From positions 1-39,357 of IMG/VR virus record IMGVR_UViG_3300048897_000022: 39,357 bases of DNA; one strand, written 5' to 3'. The notes beneath the pieces are model-generated. The model was not told the DNA's origin. It made no database searches and was given only the letters and a program-made list of their open reading frames with translations. Position numbers and translations under genes: made by a program. Positions 1-9,350 of the stretch are shown in pieces (the stretch's first letter is position 1; each line of letters starts with the position of its first letter). Source of the stretch: a virus. Its lineage: Duplodnaviria > Caudoviricetes.

Positions 1-127
1 GCAATTTCCGATATCCTGGGCCAGTTGCAGCTTGTCCTGAATGCGCCGATGGTCGAACCAGTCTTCCCAGAGGATTACGCGCCGGCTATTCCGTACGGGA
101 CTATCGCATACCAAAACGCCGATGCGG
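1..127. repeat. 127-bp terminal direct repeat (copy of 39231-39357), circular-assembly overlap
   Basis: Exact identity of gcaatttccg...gatgcgg at both ends; an ORF reads in frame across the junction. Confidence 0.95.
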
Positions 128-747
128 TGGATATCACTGGCGGCACCATAGCGGGCGTCACAATTTCCGCAGGGTCAGGAAATTTCAGCAGCATTTCCGT
201 TTCTGGGCAGATCACATCGACACTCGCAACAGGAACGGCACCATTCGTAGTAGCAAGCACCACGAAGGTAGCGAATCTGAATGCTGATTTACTTGACGGG
301 GCGGATTGGGCAAGTCCTGCTGCCATCGGCTCGACTACTCCTAGCTCTGGGAATTTCACGAGCATCACCACGTCAGCCGGCGCCACTATTGGGGATGCAA
401 CCTCTTCGAAATTCATCGTCCTAAACGGCTCTAATAGTGGAACTGGTGGCGGGGCTGCGGAATTCATTAGGAATAATGGCGTCAATGTTATTGCGCTCGG
501 CAATAAATCGGGTATCCTCGGCACCGCCTACGATGCCACGCCATATATTTTCGCCCCGTCGCAGATTGAAATTGCGGTAGGCATTAAAGTACCAGGGGGC
601 GCGCAGTTTCTTTCTACAAGCAGCGCTCTGACAAATGGCGCAGGGGCGGGCGCCGGGACGATCACAAATGCACCAGCGGCCGGGAACCCGACAAAATGGA
701 TCGCTATTAATGACAACGGAACTCTGAGGTATATTCCGAGCTGGTAA
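1..747 (+). CDS. 3' part of tail needle/fibre-like virion protein (gp26 position); true start at 39057, about 306 aa in total
   Basis: Frame continuous with ATG 39057 across the repeat; follows gp10; S/T/G-rich fibre motifs (QNADAVDITGGTI, VANLNADLLDG). Confidence 0.7.
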   Translation, partial: AISDILGQLQLVLNAPMVEPVFPEDYAPAIPYGTIAYQNADAVDITGGTIAGVTISAGSGNFSSISVSGQITSTLATGTAPFVVASTTKVANLNADLLDGADWASPAAIGSTTPSSGNFTSITTSAGATIGDATSSKFIVLNGSNSGTGGGAAEFIRNNGVNVIALGNKSGILGTAYDATPYIFAPSQIEIAVGIKVPGGAQFLSTSSALTNGAGAGAGTITNAPAAGNPTKWIAINDNGTLRYIPSW

Positions 748-827
748 TTATTCTATACTTCAATCCACCAAAAAGATTGGGGTTCGCATGCCCGAGGCAA
801 TGTAAAATCTGACGAAAAGAGGGAGTC

Positions 828-1160
828 ATGACCACAGTTCCAGCAGTTCTAATCCAATCGAAGACGGCGGAGGCCGTTGAAACGACCCAATATACATCCT
901 CCAATTGCACTACATTAATCGACAAATTCACGGCAACAAATGTCTCCGGAGCCACCGCCACCCTTACGGTTAGTCTTGTTCCTAATGGCCAGGTGGCAGG
1001 CGCGACGAATAAGCAGAAAACCGTGTCTGTGCTGGCCGGGCAGAGCTATCAATTCCCCGAGATTGTTGGCCATACGCTGGCGAACGGCGATTTCATTAGC
1101 ACACTAGCAAACGCTGTCAGCACGTTTAATATTCGGTCTAGTGGGCGTCAGGTGACATAA
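828..1160 (+). CDS. Putative small virion protein (beta-rich)
   Basis: RBS GAGGGAG; T/S/V-rich; lies in the tail module. Confidence 0.6.
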   Translation: MTTVPAVLIQSKTAEAVETTQYTSSNCTTLIDKFTATNVSGATATLTVSLVPNGQVAGATNKQKTVSVLAGQSYQFPEIVGHTLANGDFISTLANAVSTFNIRSSGRQVT

Positions 1161-1254
1161 AATAGCCATACTGTAAGAAACCTGCTTATAATTGCATAAC
1201 TCAGCTGAGAATTGGAGCGTCCAGCGGCTCGCCACCCAAGTAATTGGAGAAGCC

Positions 1255-1602
1255 GTGTCCGAACTCCTGATTGAGCACCATTGTGCTGGCGATCTGTACA
1301 CAAAAGCCGCCCATATTCCTGCTGGCCATGTCCTGGTGCAGCACATGCACAAATACTCCCACCTGTCTATTCTCGCATCCGGCATTGTCGAGGTCTGTGT
1401 TGATGGGGTGACGACTCAGCATGTCGGCCCTGAGTGCATGACGATTGAGGCAGGAAAGCACCATGGGGTAAAAGCGCTCACAGATGCGGTTTGGTACTGC
1501 ATCCATTCGGTTACTGGTGCTGAGGCTGATCTTGATGAAGATGAGCTGATCATCCAGCCGATTCCTGGCGCAATGGAGAAAATTGCCGAGGGGATGCTAT
1601 GA
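1255..1602 (+). CDS. Cupin-fold protein
   Basis: GTG start with GGAG RBS; cupin motifs QHMHKYSHLSILASG and IEAGKHHGVKAL. Confidence 0.75.
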   Translation: MSELLIEHHCAGDLYTKAAHIPAGHVLVQHMHKYSHLSILASGIVEVCVDGVTTQHVGPECMTIEAGKHHGVKALTDAVWYCIHSVTGAEADLDEDELIIQPIPGAMEKIAEGML

Positions 1603-2138
1603 GCAAGATCCAGCTTCTAGGAAAAGGCATTCCAGTTGAGGCGATGCAGGCGGCGCTTGCGGCTCATCCCGAGCTGTGGGATCAACATACGGCACGAACT
1701 GAGCATCCAGATTCACCACATCATGGCCTGTCCGACATCTGGGCGCGCTATGCGGAATCCGCTACAGCGGGCGCAGAGGCGCACAAATCAGCATGGTATC
1801 CATGTGCCGATGTCCTGCCAGTTCGTGAGTTGACATATCCGCTCATGTCGCTCGTCGATGGCGATGAGCTGGGCGGAGTCCTGATCACAAAGATTCCCGC
1901 AGGGAAGGAATGCCGTCCGCATGTCGATCACGGCTGGCATGCTCGCTACTATCAGAAATTCGCCATCCAGATTCACGCCGACCCTGGCCAGACGTTCCAC
2001 TTTGAAGATGGATCACTGGTTACGGAGCCGGGGGATTTGTTCACATTTGACAATGCATACATGCATTGGGTTACTAATCCGACAGCATACGACCGTGTAA
2101 CCATGATCGTGTGCATCCGTACTGAAAAGAGGTGGTGA
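1599..2138 (+). CDS. Aspartyl/asparaginyl beta-hydroxylase-like 2OG-Fe(II) dioxygenase
   Basis: HxD (PHVD), distal His (FDNAYMHWVTN) and 2OG-binding Arg (DRVTMIVCI); ATGA overlap with the cupin. Confidence 0.8.
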   Translation: MSKIQLLGKGIPVEAMQAALAAHPELWDQHTARTEHPDSPHHGLSDIWARYAESATAGAEAHKSAWYPCADVLPVRELTYPLMSLVDGDELGGVLITKIPAGKECRPHVDHGWHARYYQKFAIQIHADPGQTFHFEDGSLVTEPGDLFTFDNAYMHWVTNPTAYDRVTMIVCIRTEKRW

Positions 2139-2139
2139 G

Positions 2140-2823
2140 ATGCCATGGGGAGTTGCTGCTTTAGCTGTGGGTACTGTTGCTGCTGGGGCAATGAGTGCTA
2201 ATGCACAGAAAAAAGCTGCACAAGGTGCAGCTAATGCGCAAAGGGAGGCTGCCGAGCAAGGCATTGAAGAGCAGCGCCGTCAATTTGATGCGGTAAAGGA
2301 GCTGCTTTCTCCTTATGTTAATGCGGGGACAGGTTCGTTAAGTGCTCAGCAAAATATTCTTGGCCTGAATGGGTTTGATGCGCAACAACAGGCCATGAAC
2401 CAACTTCAGAACTCAGCTCAATTTGGTGCCTTGGCCAAACAAGGAGAAGAGGGTATTCTCGCCAATGCTTCGGCTACTGGCGGTCTACGCGGGGGCAACG
2501 TGCAGGGGGCTTTGGCGCAATTCCGGCCGGCGCTATTGAATCAACTCATTGACCAGCAATATGCTCGTCTTGGAGGCCTGACCAGCCTGGGCCAAAATGC
2601 TGCTGCTGGCGTTGGTAACGCTGGCATGCAAACTGGCAATGCCGTTACTAATCTGCTCCAAAGCCAGGGCGCAGCAAGTGCAGGGCAAGCGCTCGCAAAT
2701 GGCCAAGCAAATGCGCAACTTGCCAATGCATTTGGTAAAGCTATAAGTTCATTTGGCGGGGCATTTGGCGGCGGTGGATTCGGTGGTGGTGGCAGTGGCC
2801 GAATGTCCAATGAGCTATTTTAG
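2140..2823 (+). CDS. DNA ejection protein, P22 gp7-like
   Basis: Gly/Ala-rich N-terminus, Q-rich coil, LLSPYVNAG and ASATGGLRGGN motifs; first of three ejection genes. Confidence 0.8.
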   Translation: MPWGVAALAVGTVAAGAMSANAQKKAAQGAANAQREAAEQGIEEQRRQFDAVKELLSPYVNAGTGSLSAQQNILGLNGFDAQQQAMNQLQNSAQFGALAKQGEEGILANASATGGLRGGNVQGALAQFRPALLNQLIDQQYARLGGLTSLGQNAAAGVGNAGMQTGNAVTNLLQSQGAASAGQALANGQANAQLANAFGKAISSFGGAFGGGGFGGGGSGRMSNELF

Positions 2824-2831
2824 GAGTAGTA

Positions 2832-4214
2832 ATGGATCCTATTAATTACAAAATTGACGTTGGCGACCCATTTGCATCTGCCGTACAAGGGTTCCAAGTT
2901 GGAAGCGCTATTCGGCAGCAACAAATTGCACAGCAGCAGGCTATTCAGCAGCAGATGAATCAACAGCAAATGCAAGCTGATCTGCGCGGCGTGGCAATGA
3001 ATCCGAATGCTACAGGCGCAGACTATGCAGGTCTCATGACGAAATATCCCCAGATTGCTGAGCAACTTGGAAAAGGCTGGGGCGTCCTGAATGAGCAGCA
3101 AAAACAAACAAAGCTGAACCAGGCCGGTCAAGTTTATTCTGCACTTCAAGCTGGTAAGCCGGATATTGCTGCTAACTATTTGACCGATATCGTTTCGGCC
3201 GCCAAGAATAGTGGAGATCAGCAGGGAGCCGCAGCCGCACAGACAATGCTTGATCACATCAATGACGACCCAGAGGCTGCGAAAGCATCCGTTGGCATGA
3301 TGCTTGTCTCTCAGGCTGGCCCCGAGAAGTTCGGCGAGGCTTTTTCGAAGTTCAATGCAGAGAACCGCGCGCAGCAATTGGCGCCGGCCGATCTTCGCAC
3401 GGCCAATGCGAAAGCTGGCACGGCTGAAGCTGAGGAAAAAATCAAGAGCGAAGAATCAAAAGTTGCAGCAGAAGCTAATCGCCTTGGTCTTCTCAAGACA
3501 AAATCCGAAATCGCTAATATCAACAGCCAAATCACCGAGCGCTCTAAACGTTTAGCACTAGACCAGGATAGACTTGCAACTGAAACTGCACTAAAGCTGA
3601 AAGAGTTGAATCAGAAAAGCACTGAGCTTGGGGCTGACGCAAGGAAGCTGGTCAATGATTCTGTGGTGGCTTCTGTGGCTGCTGATAACTCAGCTCAAAA
3701 AATGGTAGATCTTGCTGATCGTCTGGAGACTTCTGGTGCAGCATCAGGCATTGGAGCAAAAGGCATGGAGCTTTATAAATCCATAACAGGTAATCAGGAT
3801 GCTGTTAGCCAATTGCGACAGGAATATACGCGCCTTCGTTCTACCCAGGTTTCAAAAATGCTCCCTCCTGGTCCTGCGTCAGACAAGGATATCCAACTTG
3901 CATTGCAAGGATTCCCGTCCGAAAATGCCAACCCAAAAATGATGGCCTCATTTGTACGTGGCATGGCAAAACTCAGCAATTATGAGTCCGCAGTAGAATC
4001 TGCTAAATCAGAATGGGTGAATTCGGTAGGTCACTTAGGGCGCCCCAAAACTGACATTGTTGTTGGTGGTACTAAAGTTCCGGCTGGCACAACTTTTGCA
4101 GATTTCAGTAAGCTGAAAGTTCAAGAGAATGCTAGTGCTCGGCAGGCGGAACAAGAAGCACAACACATCCAGGGGCGTAGCTACATGAAATATGCGAATC
4201 CTGCGGGGCAATGA
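2832..4214 (+). CDS. DNA ejection protein, P22 gp20-like
   Basis: Helical Q/A-rich protein, GPASDKDIQLAL motif, synteny. Confidence 0.7.
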   Translation: MDPINYKIDVGDPFASAVQGFQVGSAIRQQQIAQQQAIQQQMNQQQMQADLRGVAMNPNATGADYAGLMTKYPQIAEQLGKGWGVLNEQQKQTKLNQAGQVYSALQAGKPDIAANYLTDIVSAAKNSGDQQGAAAAQTMLDHINDDPEAAKASVGMMLVSQAGPEKFGEAFSKFNAENRAQQLAPADLRTANAKAGTAEAEEKIKSEESKVAAEANRLGLLKTKSEIANINSQITERSKRLALDQDRLATETALKLKELNQKSTELGADARKLVNDSVVASVAADNSAQKMVDLADRLETSGAASGIGAKGMELYKSITGNQDAVSQLRQEYTRLRSTQVSKMLPPGPASDKDIQLALQGFPSENANPKMMASFVRGMAKLSNYESAVESAKSEWVNSVGHLGRPKTDIVVGGTKVPAGTTFADFSKLKVQENASARQAEQEAQHIQGRSYMKYANPAGQ

Positions 4215-6787
4215 TGGCTCAGAGTACATTTGATCGTTTGATGGCAGCGCAACAGCAGGAGAAATCGGCTACGCCGCAGATTGCTCAGATTTATGCAGCC
4301 TATAAGTCGGGGCAGATGGATCCGCAAGCGGCTTCCGATTTTGAGGCTGATGTAAAAAAGGGCGCAATTCTGCTTCCTAAAGGCGCCTCACTTACAGCGC
4401 CAAAAAATACCGCAGAGCTTGCCGGCACATTGCTTCCTGCGGGGGTGATTGACGCATACAAATCGGGAGCAATGTCGCGTCAAGATAAGATCCAGCTTGA
4501 GAGTGATGTAAAGAATGGTCTGGTTCAGTGGCCTAAAGATGTTCCTCTGCAAAATACAGAGCCACTTGGCGTACTTGGTGGTATTAAGGAGGCTATTACA
4601 GGATCGGAGCGTAAGACTGCTGAAACTGAATCACTCCCGGATTGGGCTTCTATGCCTGAACTGAACTCTTTCAGCATCGCATCTGGCAAGACCGCTCTTG
4701 GCACATTGCTTTCCAATCCACAGGAAACAGTACAGGTCATCCAGTCGAATTTCCCAGGCGTCCAAGTGCGCCAGGATGATAAAGGCAATTTCCTTCTGCG
4801 CTCGTCGATCGACGGGAAGGAGTACGCCATCAAGCCCGGATTTCGAGCAAGTGATATTCCTCGTGCTGCCGGCGCTCTTGCCGCTTTTACTCCTGCTGGT
4901 CGCGCTGAAACTTTGCTTGGGTCGGCACTTGGTGCCGGAGCGACGCAAGCGGCCATCGAAGGCACGCAGGCGGCAACTGGCGGCGAATTCAACCCTGGGG
5001 AAGTGGCTACCGCTGCCCTAACTGCGCCGATCATTCCTGCTGCTGTGCGTGCAACACAAGCCGCCGCCACGCCTGTAAAACAGGCTATCAGCCGCGTATT
5101 GGGACGAGAAGTAGCGGCTGAAGCGCCCGCTGCGGCTGGTGCAGTCACGCCCGAAGTGCCAGCAGCTGCGCCTGAAATACAGCCAGTAGCGCCTGCTGCT
5201 CAACCTGCTCCCCCAGCTGCTGCGACTACTCCAGCAGCAGAGGCTGCTACCCCAATGGGCGTTAATGAGCTTGGACAGACAACTCGCCAAGCGGCACTGG
5301 GCGGCATTGGCAGCAAGAAGGCAACGCAGTCACTCGCTGCCGAGGCGTCCCCAAATCCTGAAACCGTTGCGGCTGCGGAACGGCTCGGAATTGCTGACTA
5401 TTTGCAGCCTGATCATGTAACGACTAACCAGGCATTCCGGCAGCTTTCGCAGCTCATCAAGTCGCAGACCGGAAGTGAGGCTGCAGTAGCTCAGCGCCAG
5501 GGTCTAGAGAAGGTCGCAGAGCGTGCCAATGCCATCATTGAAGAGTTGGGCGGCACTTCAGATGTCAGCGCGGTTTCCTCTGGCATACGTGATCGTATGG
5601 CGGCGACTCAAAAAGAACTTCTTGACCACGCTGATACGCTTTATGCGGATGTGCGCGCAAAAATCCCAGCATCATCGGAAGCGCCGGCCAAGAATGTCTT
5701 GGATTTCCTAAAGCAGCGCTCTAATGACTTGGGAGGCGCTGAAAATCTGTCCGAAATGGAGCGCCGGATTCTCAAGAAGCTGACCCCAAAGAACGACGGT
5801 GCGCAGCCTACTTACGCGCTGCTGGATGACGTGCGAAAAGATGTGGGTGCCGCCGCTCGTGCGGCTGGGCCATTTAAAGACGCCGATACCGGATTAGCGA
5901 AGAAGCTTTACGGGCTGCTTTCTGATGATCAGGCGCTTGCCGCCGAGGCGCACGGCGCCGCCGATACATATAACGCCGCACGTCAAGTTGTCGGTGTACG
6001 CAAGGCGCTAGAAGATGACATGGCGGCACTCTTCGGTAAGCAGCTAGACAAAACCATGGTTCCACTGATGAATGGCGCTGTTAAAGATCTTGGGAAAGGG
6101 GATGCTGCAAAATTTGCCAAGATGATTGCCTCAGTACCGCCTGAAATGCGCAATGAGGTTGCCACATCTGGGCTGTCATCTTTTTTCCAGAAAACAGCAC
6201 GCGGCGGCGAAATGGACTTCGCTGGTTATGCCAAATTCATGGATGGGTTGGAGCGTAATTCTCAGGCAAAAAATGCTCTCTTCGCCAATTTGCCGGAAGG
6301 TGCGGCACAGCAATTAACTGACCTAGCGAAAGTGGCGCGCGGCGTAGCCATGGCAAAAGGAGAATTTCTTTCTACTGGTAAAGCATTGAATACAAAAGTG
6401 TTAGAATCCGCCGACGGTTTCATGAATAAAGTCTATGAGGCAGTCGCCCAGCGCGGTGTTACTGGATTGATCGCTGAGGGCGTAACAACTGCCTCAGGAT
6501 TCCCAGGTCTGGCAACGGCAGTAAAAAGCGCAACAATGAAAGGAAAGACCGACGTGCTAAAGGCGGCTGATAGGCTGATAGCATCGCCGGAGTTTATTAA
6601 TGCGGCACGTGCGGCCGGGACGAAAGCCCAAGACGCAGCAGTAAATAAAATGGCCCGCAGTCAGCGATTCATGCAGTTTATGCAGAAGATTAACGGCCCT
6701 AGCAAACCATCAGAGCGCGAAGCGTGGGCGCGCGCAGCATTTCAATCTGCACAGCAACAAAACTCGCAACACAAGAACCAACGGTAA
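4211..6787 (+). CDS. DNA ejection protein, P22 gp16-like
   Basis: 858-aa Ala-rich helical protein, third ejection gene before the tailspike. Confidence 0.7.
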   Translation: MMAQSTFDRLMAAQQQEKSATPQIAQIYAAYKSGQMDPQAASDFEADVKKGAILLPKGASLTAPKNTAELAGTLLPAGVIDAYKSGAMSRQDKIQLESDVKNGLVQWPKDVPLQNTEPLGVLGGIKEAITGSERKTAETESLPDWASMPELNSFSIASGKTALGTLLSNPQETVQVIQSNFPGVQVRQDDKGNFLLRSSIDGKEYAIKPGFRASDIPRAAGALAAFTPAGRAETLLGSALGAGATQAAIEGTQAATGGEFNPGEVATAALTAPIIPAAVRATQAAATPVKQAISRVLGREVAAEAPAAAGAVTPEVPAAAPEIQPVAPAAQPAPPAAATTPAAEAATPMGVNELGQTTRQAALGGIGSKKATQSLAAEASPNPETVAAAERLGIADYLQPDHVTTNQAFRQLSQLIKSQTGSEAAVAQRQGLEKVAERANAIIEELGGTSDVSAVSSGIRDRMAATQKELLDHADTLYADVRAKIPASSEAPAKNVLDFLKQRSNDLGGAENLSEMERRILKKLTPKNDGAQPTYALLDDVRKDVGAAARAAGPFKDADTGLAKKLYGLLSDDQALAAEAHGAADTYNAARQVVGVRKALEDDMAALFGKQLDKTMVPLMNGAVKDLGKGDAAKFAKMIASVPPEMRNEVATSGLSSFFQKTARGGEMDFAGYAKFMDGLERNSQAKNALFANLPEGAAQQLTDLAKVARGVAMAKGEFLSTGKALNTKVLESADGFMNKVYEAVAQRGVTGLIAEGVTTASGFPGLATAVKSATMKGKTDVLKAADRLIASPEFINAARAAGTKAQDAAVNKMARSQRFMQFMQKINGPSKPSEREAWARAAFQSAQQQNSQHKNQR

Positions 6788-6798
6788 AAGGAATACCA

Positions 6799-8379
6799 AT
6801 GCTCCCAATCCCATCGCCATTAAGCTATTTCCACGATAATGGCGCACGCGCCTTAGACAGTGGATTTATTTACATTGGCCAGGTTAACCAGAACCCCGAG
6901 ACCGCGCCCCAAACCATTTATTGGGATGCTGAAGGCACGCAGCCAGCCGCGCAACCACTCCGTACATCTGACGGCTATATTGTTCGCAATGGCGCCCCGG
7001 CGAACGTCTTTATCCTCAACGCATATTCGATGACGATCAAGAACAAAGCGGGCGGCCTGATCTTCTACGGGCCAGACTCGACTCAGTTCGACTCAAATAT
7101 CATTGCAGGCGGGTTGATCAATAATATCCAGCGCATTGTTCAGAACCTTGCCGAACTGCGCACCCTGAGCAAATCAGTGTATGCCTTTGCCTTTGTGGCT
7201 GGCAACACAGTGAAAGGCGACGGCGGCGGCGGCGATTATTACTATGACGCCTCCGATATCACCAGCACCGATAATGGAGGTGATGTCATCGTGGCTGCTG
7301 ATGGTGGCCGCTGGAAGTTCATGACGATGAAATTCCGTCCTGCCGGCTTCTTCACTGGCAACGGCAGCAAGGCGCAGCGCTTTGGTGACAAGGTTTTCAT
7401 GGGCGATGCTGTGGCTGGCGATGGGGCCTTCCCTGGCACCGCGCACGATTGGCTGTACACCTACATGAACCCATATTTCTCGGCTGCTGGGAACACTCCA
7501 CCGAGTAACACGACTGGCGTTGTCGCGCTGGCCGGCGGCACTGGCTCGCCCTTCCCTGGCGAAGCCATCCTGGGTGGCGCTTCCTCTGCTGCCGCGGCCT
7601 CGCCAGGCGGCAATGCAATCGGGGTGCAGGGATATGGCGTGGCGCAAAGCGGCCTCGGCGGCGACTTCGCTTGGGGCTTCTACGGCGAAGGCCACCGCGC
7701 CACATCGACCACCGGGAATTGTTACGGAGCCGAGATCTGCGTTGTGAATCGTGGCACAGTCAAGGTGAATACCCCGTATTTCAGCGAATCCGGCGCGACC
7801 ATCGGCCTTCAGGTTGATTCCGGCGTCGGCTTCACTTCGGCGCAGATGTCGGGTCTTGCGAAAGCGTCGAGTGCCATCGTGGTCGTTGAGAACGCAGACG
7901 GCTCGATCCCTTTCCTGAACGGCCTGGTGTTCCAGGCGACCTCGCTGGATGGCACGAACGGCAACGATGCTGGCCACGGCGACGCCATCGTCATGGCGAA
8001 AGGCCACCGTGTGCGCTGGTACAAGCCCGGCAACGTGTCTGGCCCGACCATCACGAGCGATGTCAATGCTGGAGTGAACACGAACCTGGCATTCACGGAT
8101 TTCGGCTTGCAAGTGCAGAACTCATCGGGGCAGGCCATCGCGCAATTTGCCAATTCCGCAGCCTCTAAAAATGGCTTCAACTTCAACACGGCAGACGGCA
8201 GCGGCCATATCAGCATTGAGGCTGTCGGCGCCGATACAAACATTGACGTCAAATTGACGCCAAAAGGCACTGGCTTGGTAAAATTCGGGACATTTACTTC
8301 CAGCTCTGGATCGCCTAACGGTTTTATTCTGGTCCTGGACGCCGCAGGCAACCAACGTAAACTCGCAACCATTCCGTAA
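6799..8379 (+). CDS. Tailspike/receptor-binding protein with P22-type head-binding N-domain
   Basis: ATG 6799 after AAGGA; N-terminal GFIYIGQVNQNP...AQPLRT...GYIV motif; GDGGGGDYYYD...GGRWK module. Confidence 0.8.
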   Translation: MLPIPSPLSYFHDNGARALDSGFIYIGQVNQNPETAPQTIYWDAEGTQPAAQPLRTSDGYIVRNGAPANVFILNAYSMTIKNKAGGLIFYGPDSTQFDSNIIAGGLINNIQRIVQNLAELRTLSKSVYAFAFVAGNTVKGDGGGGDYYYDASDITSTDNGGDVIVAADGGRWKFMTMKFRPAGFFTGNGSKAQRFGDKVFMGDAVAGDGAFPGTAHDWLYTYMNPYFSAAGNTPPSNTTGVVALAGGTGSPFPGEAILGGASSAAAASPGGNAIGVQGYGVAQSGLGGDFAWGFYGEGHRATSTTGNCYGAEICVVNRGTVKVNTPYFSESGATIGLQVDSGVGFTSAQMSGLAKASSAIVVVENADGSIPFLNGLVFQATSLDGTNGNDAGHGDAIVMAKGHRVRWYKPGNVSGPTITSDVNAGVNTNLAFTDFGLQVQNSSGQAIAQFANSAASKNGFNFNTADGSGHISIEAVGADTNIDVKLTPKGTGLVKFGTFTSSSGSPNGFILVLDAAGNQRKLATIP

Positions 8380-8388
8380 GGAGCTGCA

Positions 8389-8586
8389 ATGCAGGAATTT
8401 ACCGTCTCCCTCAACGAGCAGGAAATCAACACCGTTCTGGCCGGTCTGGGCGAACTGCCATTCAAGCTGTCCTGGCAGGTGTTCAACAAGATTCAGGTGC
8501 AAATCGCACAGAAGAAAGCGGCCCCGGTCAATCTATCAGACCTGGGCTTTACCGAAGTATCCAAAACTGAAAGGGATGCAGCATGA
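8389..8586 (+). CDS. Small protein downstream of the tailspike (possible fibre chaperone)
   Basis: AAGGAG RBS; EINTVLAGLGELPFK motif of the type seen after phage fibre genes. Confidence 0.55.
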   Translation: MQEFTVSLNEQEINTVLAGLGELPFKLSWQVFNKIQVQIAQKKAAPVNLSDLGFTEVSKTERDAA

Positions 8587-8684
8587 AGCAATACGAAATG
8601 GGAGTTGGAGCAGGCGGCGCGAAAGACCCGAAAAAAGCCGATACTCCACCTAAAACTACTCCGTCGAAAAAGCCGACGAAATGA
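8583..8684 (+). CDS. 33-aa peptide MKQYEMGVGAGGAKDPKKADTPPKTTPSKKPTK (not in ORF track)
   Basis: ATGA overlaps with both neighbours (8583-8586 and 8681-8684); fills the gap exactly. Confidence 0.7.
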   Translation: MKQYEMGVGAGGAKDPKKADTPPKTTPSKKPTK

Positions 8685-9103
8685 ACACCTGGCGCAATCG
8701 CCTCTTTGTAGGTCTCATCCTGCTGCTTGCTCAAAAATTGCATGCTGAGGTGAATGCGCCCTTACCAAACACTCAAGGCTGGGCGCTGATCTTTTTCGGA
8801 TCGGCGGCCACTCTGGAAGGTTTGATATGCACGATCATCCCGAAAAAACTGGATGGTCAACTATGCGATCACATGCTGATTCTGGGATTAGTGTGTGTGA
8901 TTGTTGATGCCCTGGGATTCCTCGGCTACATGACCAAAACCCCGTCTATCTATTACAACACGGTCATGTGGGGGATCAGTTATGCGCAGTGGCTACGACT
9001 TCTTTTTGTGGACAGTGACCATGCTTTATCTGTATGGACTGCTCTGGTTCGGCGTACTCATTCATTGGGTGCGATACTCAATCATCAAAAGGCGAGCGAA
9101 TGA
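8681..9103 (+). CDS. Multi-pass (about 4 TM) membrane protein, function unknown
   Basis: Four hydrophobic segments; translationally coupled to the peptide upstream and the holin downstream. Confidence 0.75.
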   Translation: MNTWRNRLFVGLILLLAQKLHAEVNAPLPNTQGWALIFFGSAATLEGLICTIIPKKLDGQLCDHMLILGLVCVIVDALGFLGYMTKTPSIYYNTVMWGISYAQWLRLLFVDSDHALSVWTALVRRTHSLGAILNHQKASE

Positions 9104-9348
9104 GCGAGCAAGAAAGCGCAAAAGCGGCTGTCGAGACGGCCCTAAGCAATCCGAAAGTTTCTGGCATCGTCGCGGCTCTGACTAGTTCGTCAGGCGCCGC
9201 CGCGCTATTCAGCAGTTTGAATTCCGTGCTGGGGGCGATTTCCCTTGCCCTGGGGTGCGTGGTGGCGGTCTACACGATCCGCATCCTGCATACCAAGAGC
9301 AAAATTTATGACCGAATGCATCGTGAAGGCGAGAGCCTGAAGGAGTGA
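9100..9348 (+). CDS. Putative holin
   Basis: 82 aa, 1-2 TM segments, charged C-tail, immediately before the endolysin. Confidence 0.6.
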   Translation: MSEQESAKAAVETALSNPKVSGIVAALTSSSGAAALFSSLNSVLGAISLALGCVVAVYTIRILHTKSKIYDRMHREGESLKE

Positions 9349-9350
9349 CA

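Noticed and set aside
1-127. Terminal repeat as a physical phage DTR
   Set aside because: It falls mid-gene, and 127 nt equals a common assembler k-mer; it most likely marks circular assembly of a headful-packaged genome
7174-8112. Long antisense ORFs (also 9306-10223, 18266-19144, 33635-34603, 34630-35511)
   Set aside because: They lie opposite well-supported genes, show no motifs, and are the expected shadows of GC-biased codon usage
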